Shown: in pieces, positions 57,101-64,000 of the stretch
Position numbering within the stretch: the stretch's first letter is position 1
How the letters are laid out: each line of letters starts with the position of its first letter
Virus record (IMG/VR): IMGVR_UViG_3300027777_000023
Span: 125,603-189,602 of that record
Origin: a virus
Direction: 5' to 3' (one strand)
DNA: 64,000 nt
Translations under genes and position numbers: made by a program
The notes under the pieces: model-generated
The model's database searches: none
Told to the model about the DNA's origin: nothing
Seen by the model: only the letters and a program-made list of their open reading frames with translations

Positions 57101-57303
57101 AAGCTATCGTAAAAGAACTTACATACCGCGCTTCCAGTACCCGAGTTGAGCGTGCAGGTAATCAGCTCACTAGCTTTACACCTAAAGACGACATTATTCT
57201 GTTAGAGGCTAACGCTACCTACAAAGATATGATCAATGTGGAGGTCAGGCTCAATGTACCTTACCCCATCAATTACATCAACCTTAAGCTGATTGTTGGT
57301 TAA
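54193..57303 (+). CDS. Contractile tail sheath protein
   Basis: N-terminal YITPRVKIQQEF; C-terminal AAAGLAGLRSG...RHQLTT...SITTNVDNISY...VRLNVPYPINYINLKL. Confidence 0.9.
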   Translation: MYITPRVKIQQEFLQVPVYAEFPLPAFIIGPNYALTRYNVEGEKLHTALGTYNGAAVGGGNSYIPAENTVYDFPNVSPGGDVDHSYTKVYAEAVKATYFPLSAISEAFSNSVEFVTHPDTGARYPNKIRFTDVTLKTGHGYSRSSCFSNRDVAVHDLIDISDGTNVTQARVTAISAETSDIDGALSATVGDVIAEGSAILPSVQAPHPGQIAVGNVFTVAAVDFSALDVVGKYLTIRHAKDSSGVYKIISLGDTVHKLVVDRPFTQSSAADRAWHINGVYNDIGNTPWGCVEYSNYPDYTYTAPSANTSFTVANTSTAYYGYAAKGVLTDRYTATVTTGGNAASVRFTITSEQGVFAPKYNVGLVADVLTIDTANDNVQRLDFARGIATATTFAVGDSWNYTVVAEVEPVNPVASGTYTGTTDMVYKLTVERGGAFYDGTNASTCARLVITSSDVDTSSVVLPKLDTSFKLGSFGARATFEVGTAGVDSGELILGDIYYVPVTAARLGAYTVVTLSEDLAEATFLAASPTLTATLSVAQASIRIPEVADALLDLKNWTQEDSYITINSDITTYDSKLIAEGVPARLPITSAKLFVEHRDLLQDHIVAIDSVRDQAAVLQKLGTVHPDNPLAQAVSDAVLNSANQIVYFIGVGTNDLAGYTEAIRISEKSDKVYSFVPLTFDREIQDAVVGHVNAYSTPEVGRWRIAWLAVEDKKTSFMYNLKENGDSFTATVTDDPSVSGTQYRLVSVAGASFIDDGVRPNDTVRLNFRSDNDGNITYDEYVVDHVRTNTSLTITKPLAAAINSPVKVQVVRNYTKSERANNIAHIGGDYNNRRVRSVFPDTYKDSTGVVKQGYIAAAGLAGLRSGVVPHLGLTNSQFYGAHDLSKVVTEFSQDDLDTMAEQGIWIISQEVVGATAYVRHQLTTDTRSLNTSEDSITTNVDNISYALKHTLAPFIGRFNVNNENIAAVREAIVKELTYRASSTRVERAGNQLTSFTPKDDIILLEANATYKDMINVEVRLNVPYPINYINLKLIVG

Positions 57304-57308
57304 TTTAT

Positions 57309-57545
57309 ATGACTTCATTTGAGCTAGGTTTCATCAAATGCGCGCAAGAACGGGGCCTGCCTAGAGCTCAGGCAGGCTATATTCTACAAAGAGCGATGGA
57401 CCACCCGGCAAGTCGTGAGACGTATATCAAAGAAGCAGAAGAAACAAACTATACTTCGGACGATCTAGACAACCTGTCGTGCCTTGTTGCACTGGCGGCG
57501 TTTGACGAAGAAATGTCGAAATGTAGTGCAACTCTAAACATTTAA
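57309..57545 (+). CDS. Small protein with a GFIKxA leader
   Basis: MTSFELGFIKCAQERGL, YIKEAE. Confidence 0.6.
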   Translation: MTSFELGFIKCAQERGLPRAQAGYILQRAMDHPASRETYIKEAEETNYTSDDLDNLSCLVALAAFDEEMSKCSATLNI

Positions 57546-57748
57546 TGCGTGTTGTAGTTACTGGAGATTTTAGAGAACCTGTACTTCTGGACACAGATAA
57601 AGCCACCGGATTATTAATTTATTCTGACACCGGCCAGCCAAATGTTATTTACCGTATTATCGGCGAAGGCAAGGGCTGGATCAGGTACACGAAAGGCGAG
57701 GATCCTGGGTTTGAAGAAATAGCCGGAGCCTTGGGATTGCTAAAATAA
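57545..57748 (+). CDS. Small hypothetical protein
   Basis: TAATG-coupled 67-aa ORF. Confidence 0.6.
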   Translation: MRVVVTGDFREPVLLDTDKATGLLIYSDTGQPNVIYRIIGEGKGWIRYTKGEDPGFEEIAGALGLLK

Positions 57749-57761
57749 CACACAATCAACA

Positions 57762-57790
57762 TTGCCTTTGTAATAACTTTTAGTTACAAT
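57762..57790 (+). promoter_or_regulatory. sigma70-like promoter of the tube gene
   Basis: TTGCCT-N17-TACAAT. Confidence 0.6.
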
Positions 57791-57822
57791 ATAAACAAGA
57801 ACAATCAACACTATAAAAATAT

Positions 57823-58239
57823 ATGGCAGACTTATTTGGCTTCGGACAATCTAATATTACAGCACCCATCACAGCGGACAAGTGTACTGTCTCGTTTGGT
57901 GCAACCATCGCAGGGGCCACGCAGGTGAGTATTCAATACGCCCAGCAAATCAATCGCAGGCGTACGATCGGTAATCAAATCAGCTTGTTGTGGGGCGCTC
58001 AACCCCAAGGACAAGCCACAATTCAGCGGTTGGTTGTAGCTGGCTATGGCCCAGGCGGCGCTGGCTGGAGTGCCTGTAGCCCAGGAACAGTTACATTTAA
58101 CCTCGGTGGTTGTTCTGGAGGTGGTGGAAGCCTTACAGCCTCCGGTGCTGTTGTTTCTCAGTACTCAATTACAGCAGAAGCTGAAAGCTTGACTGTTATG
58201 GACAACGTTGTAATCGACTTCATGTATTTGAGCGCGTAA
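57823..58239 (+). CDS. Tail tube protein
   Basis: 138 aa, beta-rich (QVSIQYAQQINRRRTIG...GQATIQRLV); after the sheath, with its own promoter and terminator. Confidence 0.75.
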   Translation: MADLFGFGQSNITAPITADKCTVSFGATIAGATQVSIQYAQQINRRRTIGNQISLLWGAQPQGQATIQRLVVAGYGPGGAGWSACSPGTVTFNLGGCSGGGGSLTASGAVVSQYSITAEAESLTVMDNVVIDFMYLSA

Positions 58240-58262
58240 TAATTTTACGTATTGGCTTGTTT

Positions 58263-58298
58263 AAAACCCTCTACCCTTTATATTGGGTAGAGGGTTTT
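58263..58298. terminator. Intrinsic terminator after the tube gene
   Basis: AAAACCCTCTACCC-N8-GGGTAGAGGGTTTT, a perfect 14-bp stem. Confidence 0.85.
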
Positions 58299-58321
58299 AT
58301 TATATACACACATCTAAACAT

Positions 58322-60709
58322 ATGGAAAGTAAACGTACAGGAGCGTCACAGCACGGAAAAATTTTTACAGCGGTGGTAATTTCTTCCAGCTCAGGCTCTA
58401 GAGCTGTAACTATTATGACTGAAGGCTACAACCATACGGACGCTGGTAGTATTGGCATGCAGCAACAAGCTGTGGTGGCTTCGGCACTGGTATCAAATTT
58501 TTTAGGATTCAAAGATTGTTCACTTCCTCAACCAGGGACTAGGGTGATCTGTGCTACGGCTGCAGGTATATGTTACATTATAGGCATCCTACCTAGTTCT
58601 TCTCTGGCTGTGGACGCTATACCGGCCCGAGCCATGCTCGGAGCTAAAAATGCTTTAGCCGATACGGCGAATAGAGTAGGTCATCGAGATCGGACAACGG
58701 TTATTCATGATGGGCGTATGCCTGCAGATGTTGTTGATGGTGAATATGTGCTGGCTAATGAGTTAGGTGTGCTGCTGGGTTTGTACCAGGAAATGGCCAA
58801 TTTAAAGGCGTCAGAGTTAGCGCAAATTCAATGTTTTTTGTTTGACGATTTGGTGCGTATAATTAGCCACAATTATCAACACTTCACATCAATGGGTGAG
58901 CATAATATCTACCAGGATGGTAAGCGTTTAATGTCTGAGTTTGGAGCCACACACATTCCTGCTGAGGCTTATGGTCGCCCAGCTGTTGAAGGAGATGGTA
59001 GCGAGCCAGTATTTAAAGAAACCGGCACACACACGGTAGACGATAAATCTGATTTTTATGACTTCACTGTTGATGAGCGGTTAAAGGCTGTCGAAAGATT
59101 TAAATTATTTCTGGGAAGTGTTGGCGACTTCCTACACCTGTTTATTGTACGTCCAGATCCGCACGAATTAAGAGTACAGGGGAAAGATATAACCAAACCA
59201 GACACAGGGTTGGCAGATATACATATGGGTGTTGATGGAGGTATTCATGTACGTAGTGTGAAAGAAATATTCATAGAAAAGACAAATTGGATCCGTGTGC
59301 CGTGTAGGATTGCTGCGCCTGATGATCCTGAGGCTGATGACGCTAATTCTTTAGACTATGAAAAGAAAAAGCCGTTTAAGTTTAATAAAGAGCACAAGTT
59401 TAAAGAAAACCCGATGTTTCAGGCGTTACAGCTTCGAGACTATGTTGCATATGTAAACGAGAAATTAAACTATCAGAATTTTAAAAAGCATGAGAAAGAT
59501 TTTTACGTAAATGACGACATATCTCAGGAGAAAGCACTGAATAAGATAAAGGAGCTAGACAAAGAAAGCACGTTAAACCAAGAAAGCTACAAACTGAACA
59601 CTGCTGGCGTATACCTGATGCCTAATGGTGGTATAACTATTCGTGACGCCTGGAACTCGGCAATAGTTATGGAGGGTGGAAACATCTATCTTCAACCTGC
59701 AAAAGACCTGGTATCTCAACCATTACGCAGTAACATTATTAAGGCAGGAAGCAATATAAACATGTCTTGTAGAGGGCACATAGACCTCTCATCTACATTG
59801 GAAGGTATACGAGTAAAATCAGCCAAAGCGCAATACTACTATAGTGATAAATCAGGGATTATCATGGAGGCCAATGGAACCGCTGATACACGAGGACAGC
59901 CGGAGCCTTCACATTCTGATCCCGCACAGGCAATTGACTACATTGGTGGGATTGTGATCAAGTCCAAGCTAGGTATCTATAATTACGCAGTTAAAGACAT
60001 CGTCAGCTACGCTAAAAAGAAAGTCATACTACAGTCTTTGAATACGATGGATATTATTTCTGATGAGAATATGACTGTATATTCTAAAAAGTCGATGTTT
60101 AGGTTTGCTGACGATAGAGTCCTCGATTATGGTAAGAAGTCCGCAATCTATGTTACTGAAGGTTTTGCAGAATTCTCGGGAGCTAAAGCTACGATACTAG
60201 GTCAGCAAGATCAACCTCTGGGGGTTATGTATGATGAGGACAGTATGTTTGTTGATGTCTTAAAGGGTGTGGGTGTCGTATCAAAAATTGTAGACAGTAT
60301 AACGGCAGCCAAAGACGCTAAAAAGAAAAGTGTAATAAACACTACAACTTTTAACAAACCAGAATATTTTGACGACTTGCGTTTCGCTTTTCTAGATTCC
60401 ACAGACTATCATGTGACCGGCGACAACGATTGCTTCCCGTCAACCATGGCACAGCAAGACGACGAGCTTACAAATCTGTATTCTCTAGAGGCGTGGACCG
60501 AACCTGAAGTTAACGGCACCAAACCATATCCAGGTAAAGATTTGTTCGAAAATTTCTACCTTTTTGCAGATAAACCTGCTAATCTTAAAGAAAATAAAAT
60601 AGGTAAATCTTACTCAAATAAAGCAGATTCCGAAGAAACACCAAATGAATTGAAGTTGAAGTCATTGGAGGAATACAAAGTACATCCAAAAGACACAACG
60701 TTAACTTAA
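58322..60709 (+). CDS. Putative baseplate hub/central spike (gp5/VgrG-like)
   Basis: N-terminal OB-fold-like LPQPGTRVIC...YIIG, then beta-strand repeats; follows the tube gene. Confidence 0.5.
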   Translation: MESKRTGASQHGKIFTAVVISSSSGSRAVTIMTEGYNHTDAGSIGMQQQAVVASALVSNFLGFKDCSLPQPGTRVICATAAGICYIIGILPSSSLAVDAIPARAMLGAKNALADTANRVGHRDRTTVIHDGRMPADVVDGEYVLANELGVLLGLYQEMANLKASELAQIQCFLFDDLVRIISHNYQHFTSMGEHNIYQDGKRLMSEFGATHIPAEAYGRPAVEGDGSEPVFKETGTHTVDDKSDFYDFTVDERLKAVERFKLFLGSVGDFLHLFIVRPDPHELRVQGKDITKPDTGLADIHMGVDGGIHVRSVKEIFIEKTNWIRVPCRIAAPDDPEADDANSLDYEKKKPFKFNKEHKFKENPMFQALQLRDYVAYVNEKLNYQNFKKHEKDFYVNDDISQEKALNKIKELDKESTLNQESYKLNTAGVYLMPNGGITIRDAWNSAIVMEGGNIYLQPAKDLVSQPLRSNIIKAGSNINMSCRGHIDLSSTLEGIRVKSAKAQYYYSDKSGIIMEANGTADTRGQPEPSHSDPAQAIDYIGGIVIKSKLGIYNYAVKDIVSYAKKKVILQSLNTMDIISDENMTVYSKKSMFRFADDRVLDYGKKSAIYVTEGFAEFSGAKATILGQQDQPLGVMYDEDSMFVDVLKGVGVVSKIVDSITAAKDAKKKSVINTTTFNKPEYFDDLRFAFLDSTDYHVTGDNDCFPSTMAQQDDELTNLYSLEAWTEPEVNGTKPYPGKDLFENFYLFADKPANLKENKIGKSYSNKADSEETPNELKLKSLEEYKVHPKDTTLT

Positions 60710-60719
60710 TCTAAATAAT

Positions 60720-61241
60720 ATGAATAGCGAACCACTAGTAAATACATCGATTGATTTGAACCCTGAGGGTGTCAGGGAAAACCACATTGTTATATCCGAC
60801 GAAGATAAGGAGAGATTTTTTAAAAGTGTGCTCTCGGACAAGCCTTATGAGGAGACAATCGAGCTATTTGGAGGACAGCACAAGGTCAGATTCAAGGCAA
60901 TGACTGTACAGGAAAACTCTGATGTGGTCAATCAGATCACCGCAGACAGAAAGCGCGGTGTGGCCAGCGACACAGACGCCTACTTCATCACGATAGCTTC
61001 TTACCGCTTGGCGTTGTCCTTGCTGTCTGTAGACGCTCAACCATTCTCTTCAGTAACCAGAGAAAACTTTTCAGCCTCCACAGAACATGATACGTTCGTG
61101 TTAGCTAGGATGCGTGTAATCACAGGTTGGGCCACACCCAAACTCTCAGCCTACCTGAGTGCCTTTCAGAGTTTTGAAGCTAAGATGATCAAACTGACCA
61201 ATGAGGTGCAGTCGCCAAATTTTTGGAAAGCCAGCGCGTAA
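60720..61241 (+). CDS. Tail assembly chaperone (G-like)
   Basis: Directly upstream of the tape measure gene; ends with the slippery site CCA AAT TTT TGG. Confidence 0.65.
   Translation: MNSEPLVNTSIDLNPEGVRENHIVISDEDKERFFKSVLSDKPYEETIELFGGQHKVRFKAMTVQENSDVVNQITADRKRGVASDTDAYFITIASYRLALSLLSVDAQPFSSVTRENFSASTEHDTFVLARMRVITGWATPKLSAYLSAFQSFEAKMIKLTNEVQSPNFWKASA
61217..61223 (+). promoter_or_regulatory. Programmed -1 frameshift heptamer A AAT TTT
   Basis: X XXY YYZ in the chaperone frame; the -1 frame continues into the ATG-less ORF 61223-61585. Confidence 0.7.
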
Positions 61242-61585
61242 AATGCCTTACGGAAGGTTATCTGCGTGGCTGGCTTAAATTTGAATATCCAACAAAAACA
61301 TCCCACTTCAGAGAAGAGTTAGTACTAGACTATATCATAGATGATCGTGTGTATGGTCTACTTCAGAATAAATTATTAATAGAAACCATTCTTCGCAGCT
61401 CGGTAGAGCGCCGAGATAAGAATATCCTGGCTCCTATTTTTGATGTTGCTGATGACATGATTAGATTAAAACTTCCTACAATTATACCTCCAGCAACCAA
61501 AGATAAAAAAGACAAAACTAAGGAAATATCGAAAGAGGAATTGCTAGAGTGGAAAGACTTTTTGGCAAAAGTTAATAAAAAATAG
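61223..61585 (+). CDS. Tail assembly chaperone frameshift extension (T-like)
   Basis: No ATG, overlaps the upstream gene in the -1 frame; the fused product would be ~288 aa. Confidence 0.6.
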   Translation: MESQRVKCLTEGYLRGWLKFEYPTKTSHFREELVLDYIIDDRVYGLLQNKLLIETILRSSVERRDKNILAPIFDVADDMIRLKLPTIIPPATKDKKDKTKEISKEELLEWKDFLAKVNKK

Positions 61586-61586
61586 T

Positions 61587-64000
61587 ATGGGAGACGTATC
61601 AACATTTGAAAATAACCCAATGTATTCCGGATATTCTCACGGAATGAACTTTGGGCATCCTATGTTGAACCTCGCAGCAATGTTCATGCTGCATGGAAAT
61701 CAGATGCCTCAACGACAGAGCGGTCAAGACACCTATGACGCGTTCATACAGCAAGAGCGCTCGATGGATATGATGAAACTGCAGAGTGGAAGCTTCATGA
61801 ACAATAAGGTGTTTCAGCGTTTAGGTGTTGGTGGAAATAACCCAGCAATCACCGCATTGTCTATGGCTGGTGCTTTTTCACCTGACGGTATACTCGGCCG
61901 TGTACTGACACCTGCTCTTGGAGGAAATCCTATGGCCGCCACTATGCGTGCCTACACAGGACTGTCAGGAGCGGGCACGATGGGTTCTTTTGGACGCATA
62001 GATAATATATCTGCCGGTGAAACGCAGAGTGTGATGAACTCAATCGCCGACAATTTTTACAATTATCAGAGTTATGAAGAGGGTCCCGATAAGAAAGGAG
62101 CAGGTCATCAAGAAAGGTTGCGGGAAAAAACTCAAAACTATTTAACCTCACAGTTAGCCTCTATAGAAAACAAACCAGGATCAGAAGAGGCGACGCGCAG
62201 TATCAAGAATCTGCGAGATCAAGGTTTCAATTTTGAAACAAACGCATCTGGAGGGCTTGACGCGGGCGTACATGAGGAACTTAAAAAGAAGATAAGTGCA
62301 TTTGACGTCACATCCGGGGGGATGCCTGATGAGGGTTCAGTTCGTCGCGATATGGCTGCGTATATAACTGAGAACGACCAGACTCTTAAGAAATCTTTGA
62401 GTGACCGTCTTAAAAAGCAGATGGTGGCTTTTCGCGTTGCTACTGAGGCAGAGATTAAGGCTGGTGGTAAGGGTTTATTGGACCCGGGCACAGTTGCAGG
62501 AATTGCTGCCAGAGGTACGCAGGTCCCTGTCACTCAAGAGCAGCAGGCGGCAGAGGAAGAAGTCAAAGCCGACTATAAAGAGAATGCGGCGCGACGTAAA
62601 ACGATAGAAAACAATATAGCTGATAGGCAAGCAGCTGCAGGAATATATACCTCAGATCTGGCAGAAGTAGCAAAAATGCCTACTAGTATTAGTGAGGCAG
62701 ACGAACCTGACGAAGAAAAACGAAAAACCAAAACGGCAGAGCTTGCTACAGCAAAAAATAAGGCGGGCGCAGAACTGCTTGAGAAAATACAGGGAACTTA
62801 CAATATGTCTCCTGAGGACGTCAAGGAGTTAAAAAATCCTGCAGGAAACATCGACATCGGTAAAACGCAATCCGCATTAGCTGCAAGCCGTAGATTAACA
62901 ACTATAGAAGCCATAAAACAAGAGTCGGATGCTTCAGCAAATGCTGGAGGCGCCTACGCAGGGATCAATTTTAAAAACACCCGAGGGTTTACAATCGAAG
63001 ATATAACCTCGGGATTTACCAAAGCGGCAGATCTTAGAATGCTTGGGAACACAAAAGGTATGCGTCCGGCAGATATGGCTGCAGAGTTTACCGAAAAAGC
63101 AGGAGGTGTGATGGACGCCTCCAGAGCCGTATTTGGTAACGAGCTGACTGGAGGAGAACATGTGCAACGCATGAGTACACTTGCAGGCACGTCTGCGGTA
63201 GATATGCTGGATAAGTCAGTTACGGTGCAGGGGGCCGGAGGCCAAGAGCAGAATATATCTAAAATGGAGAGCATGCTCCGCGATGTGAAATCAACTAGCC
63301 GTGTAGCGGGTGTAAGCATTAAAACTATGCTGGGCATTATCGACTCCGCAAAGGAATTGATCAGCAACAACCCCCGGATTCGTAATATGAATTCCGCCGC
63401 TGTGGCAAAGATGTCCGTGGATGCTATAAATAAAGCTGCCGACATGAGCAGTAGTATGGGTGCTCGTGATTATCGTGAGTTTGGTGGCAGTCAGGAGCAA
63501 GCAGCCAGAGACATACAGGAAAAAACAAATTTTGCCTCCTCAGGGTTGGGAGGTTTTGGTGCGGCTTTGTTGGCCAAGGCAGGTGAAGGCACAACAGAAT
63601 ACGAGCAACTCCAGACCTTTTTCAGGGCAGGAGGGCTTACAGCCAAATCTCTAGGTTCTGGGGGCACACAGAAAATTGCAGACATATTGCACACCACTAC
63701 CGGAGACGTTAATCAGATTGGCGGTAATAGACTGCTTCAGCGTGATGCTATGAAGCAGGAAGGCATTGTTAACACTCTAAATGAGATACATACGCAAACA
63801 GCTGTAAGATCTTTTTGGGATTATGCTAAAGCTACTGGATTGGATGAAAAGGAGCATAAGGCGAAATTTGCAGAGTACATGAAGAAAAACCCCAAAGGCA
63901 GTGTTGAAGAGTATTTCAATAAGAACATTAAGGAGCGCCTTGGTGAAGTCGGACAATCGATATATGAAAGCCAGCAGCAGACCATTAAAATGGATTTCTT
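61587..64000 (+). CDS. Tape measure protein, N-terminal part (runs off the window end; absent from the ORF track)
   Basis: ATG at 61587 (MGDVSTFENNPMYSGY...). The frame was open in every segment I translated, including the window end; helical Ala/Gly/Glu/Lys-rich; follows the chaperone genes. Confidence 0.75.
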   Translation, partial: MGDVSTFENNPMYSGYSHGMNFGHPMLNLAAMFMLHGNQMPQRQSGQDTYDAFIQQERSMDMMKLQSGSFMNNKVFQRLGVGGNNPAITALSMAGAFSPDGILGRVLTPALGGNPMAATMRAYTGLSGAGTMGSFGRIDNISAGETQSVMNSIADNFYNYQSYEEGPDKKGAGHQERLREKTQNYLTSQLASIENKPGSEEATRSIKNLRDQGFNFETNASGGLDAGVHEELKKKISAFDVTSGGMPDEGSVRRDMAAYITENDQTLKKSLSDRLKKQMVAFRVATEAEIKAGGKGLLDPGTVAGIAARGTQVPVTQEQQAAEEEVKADYKENAARRKTIENNIADRQAAAGIYTSDLAEVAKMPTSISEADEPDEEKRKTKTAELATAKNKAGAELLEKIQGTYNMSPEDVKELKNPAGNIDIGKTQSALAASRRLTTIEAIKQESDASANAGGAYAGINFKNTRGFTIEDITSGFTKAADLRMLGNTKGMRPADMAAEFTEKAGGVMDASRAVFGNELTGGEHVQRMSTLAGTSAVDMLDKSVTVQGAGGQEQNISKMESMLRDVKSTSRVAGVSIKTMLGIIDSAKELISNNPRIRNMNSAAVAKMSVDAINKAADMSSSMGARDYREFGGSQEQAARDIQEKTNFASSGLGGFGAALLAKAGEGTTEYEQLQTFFRAGGLTAKSLGSGGTQKIADILHTTTGDVNQIGGNRLLQRDAMKQEGIVNTLNEIHTQTAVRSFWDYAKATGLDEKEHKAKFAEYMKKNPKGSVEEYFNKNIKERLGEVGQSIYESQQQTIKMDF

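Overview
This window comes from a large contractile-tailed (myovirus-type, probably jumbo) bacteriophage genome read in the standard code. From left to right it holds: a collagen-like fibre gene next to a glycosyltransferase; accessory and nucleotide-metabolism genes (NUDIX, PhoH, nrdA/nrdB with an HNH-NUMOD3 endonuclease between them, dCMP deaminase); a Cys-rich repeat protein; a SET-domain methyltransferase; a long block of low-complexity, glycine-zipper proteins; a HUH/Rep-like ORF at a strand switch; an intein-containing prohead protease; scaffold, decoration and major capsid genes; and neck, sheath, tube, baseplate, tail chaperone (with a -1 slippery site) and the start of the tape measure gene. 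A bacterial-type multisubunit RNA polymerase is encoded by four dispersed genes: betaN, beta-middle, a betaC-beta'N fusion and beta'C. The most striking unexplained pattern is a K-x-A motif, often within a shared ~30-aa module, found in about 20 head-region proteins and absent from the 1036-aa tail sheath. I infer that it is the prohead-protease cleavage and packaging signal of a large head-cargo system that includes membrane-active glycine-zipper proteins. Shine-Dalgarno-poor or leaderless starts and a DUF1549/1553-like gene suggest a Verrucomicrobia/Planctomycetes host. All family assignments come from motif recognition by eye; no searches were run.
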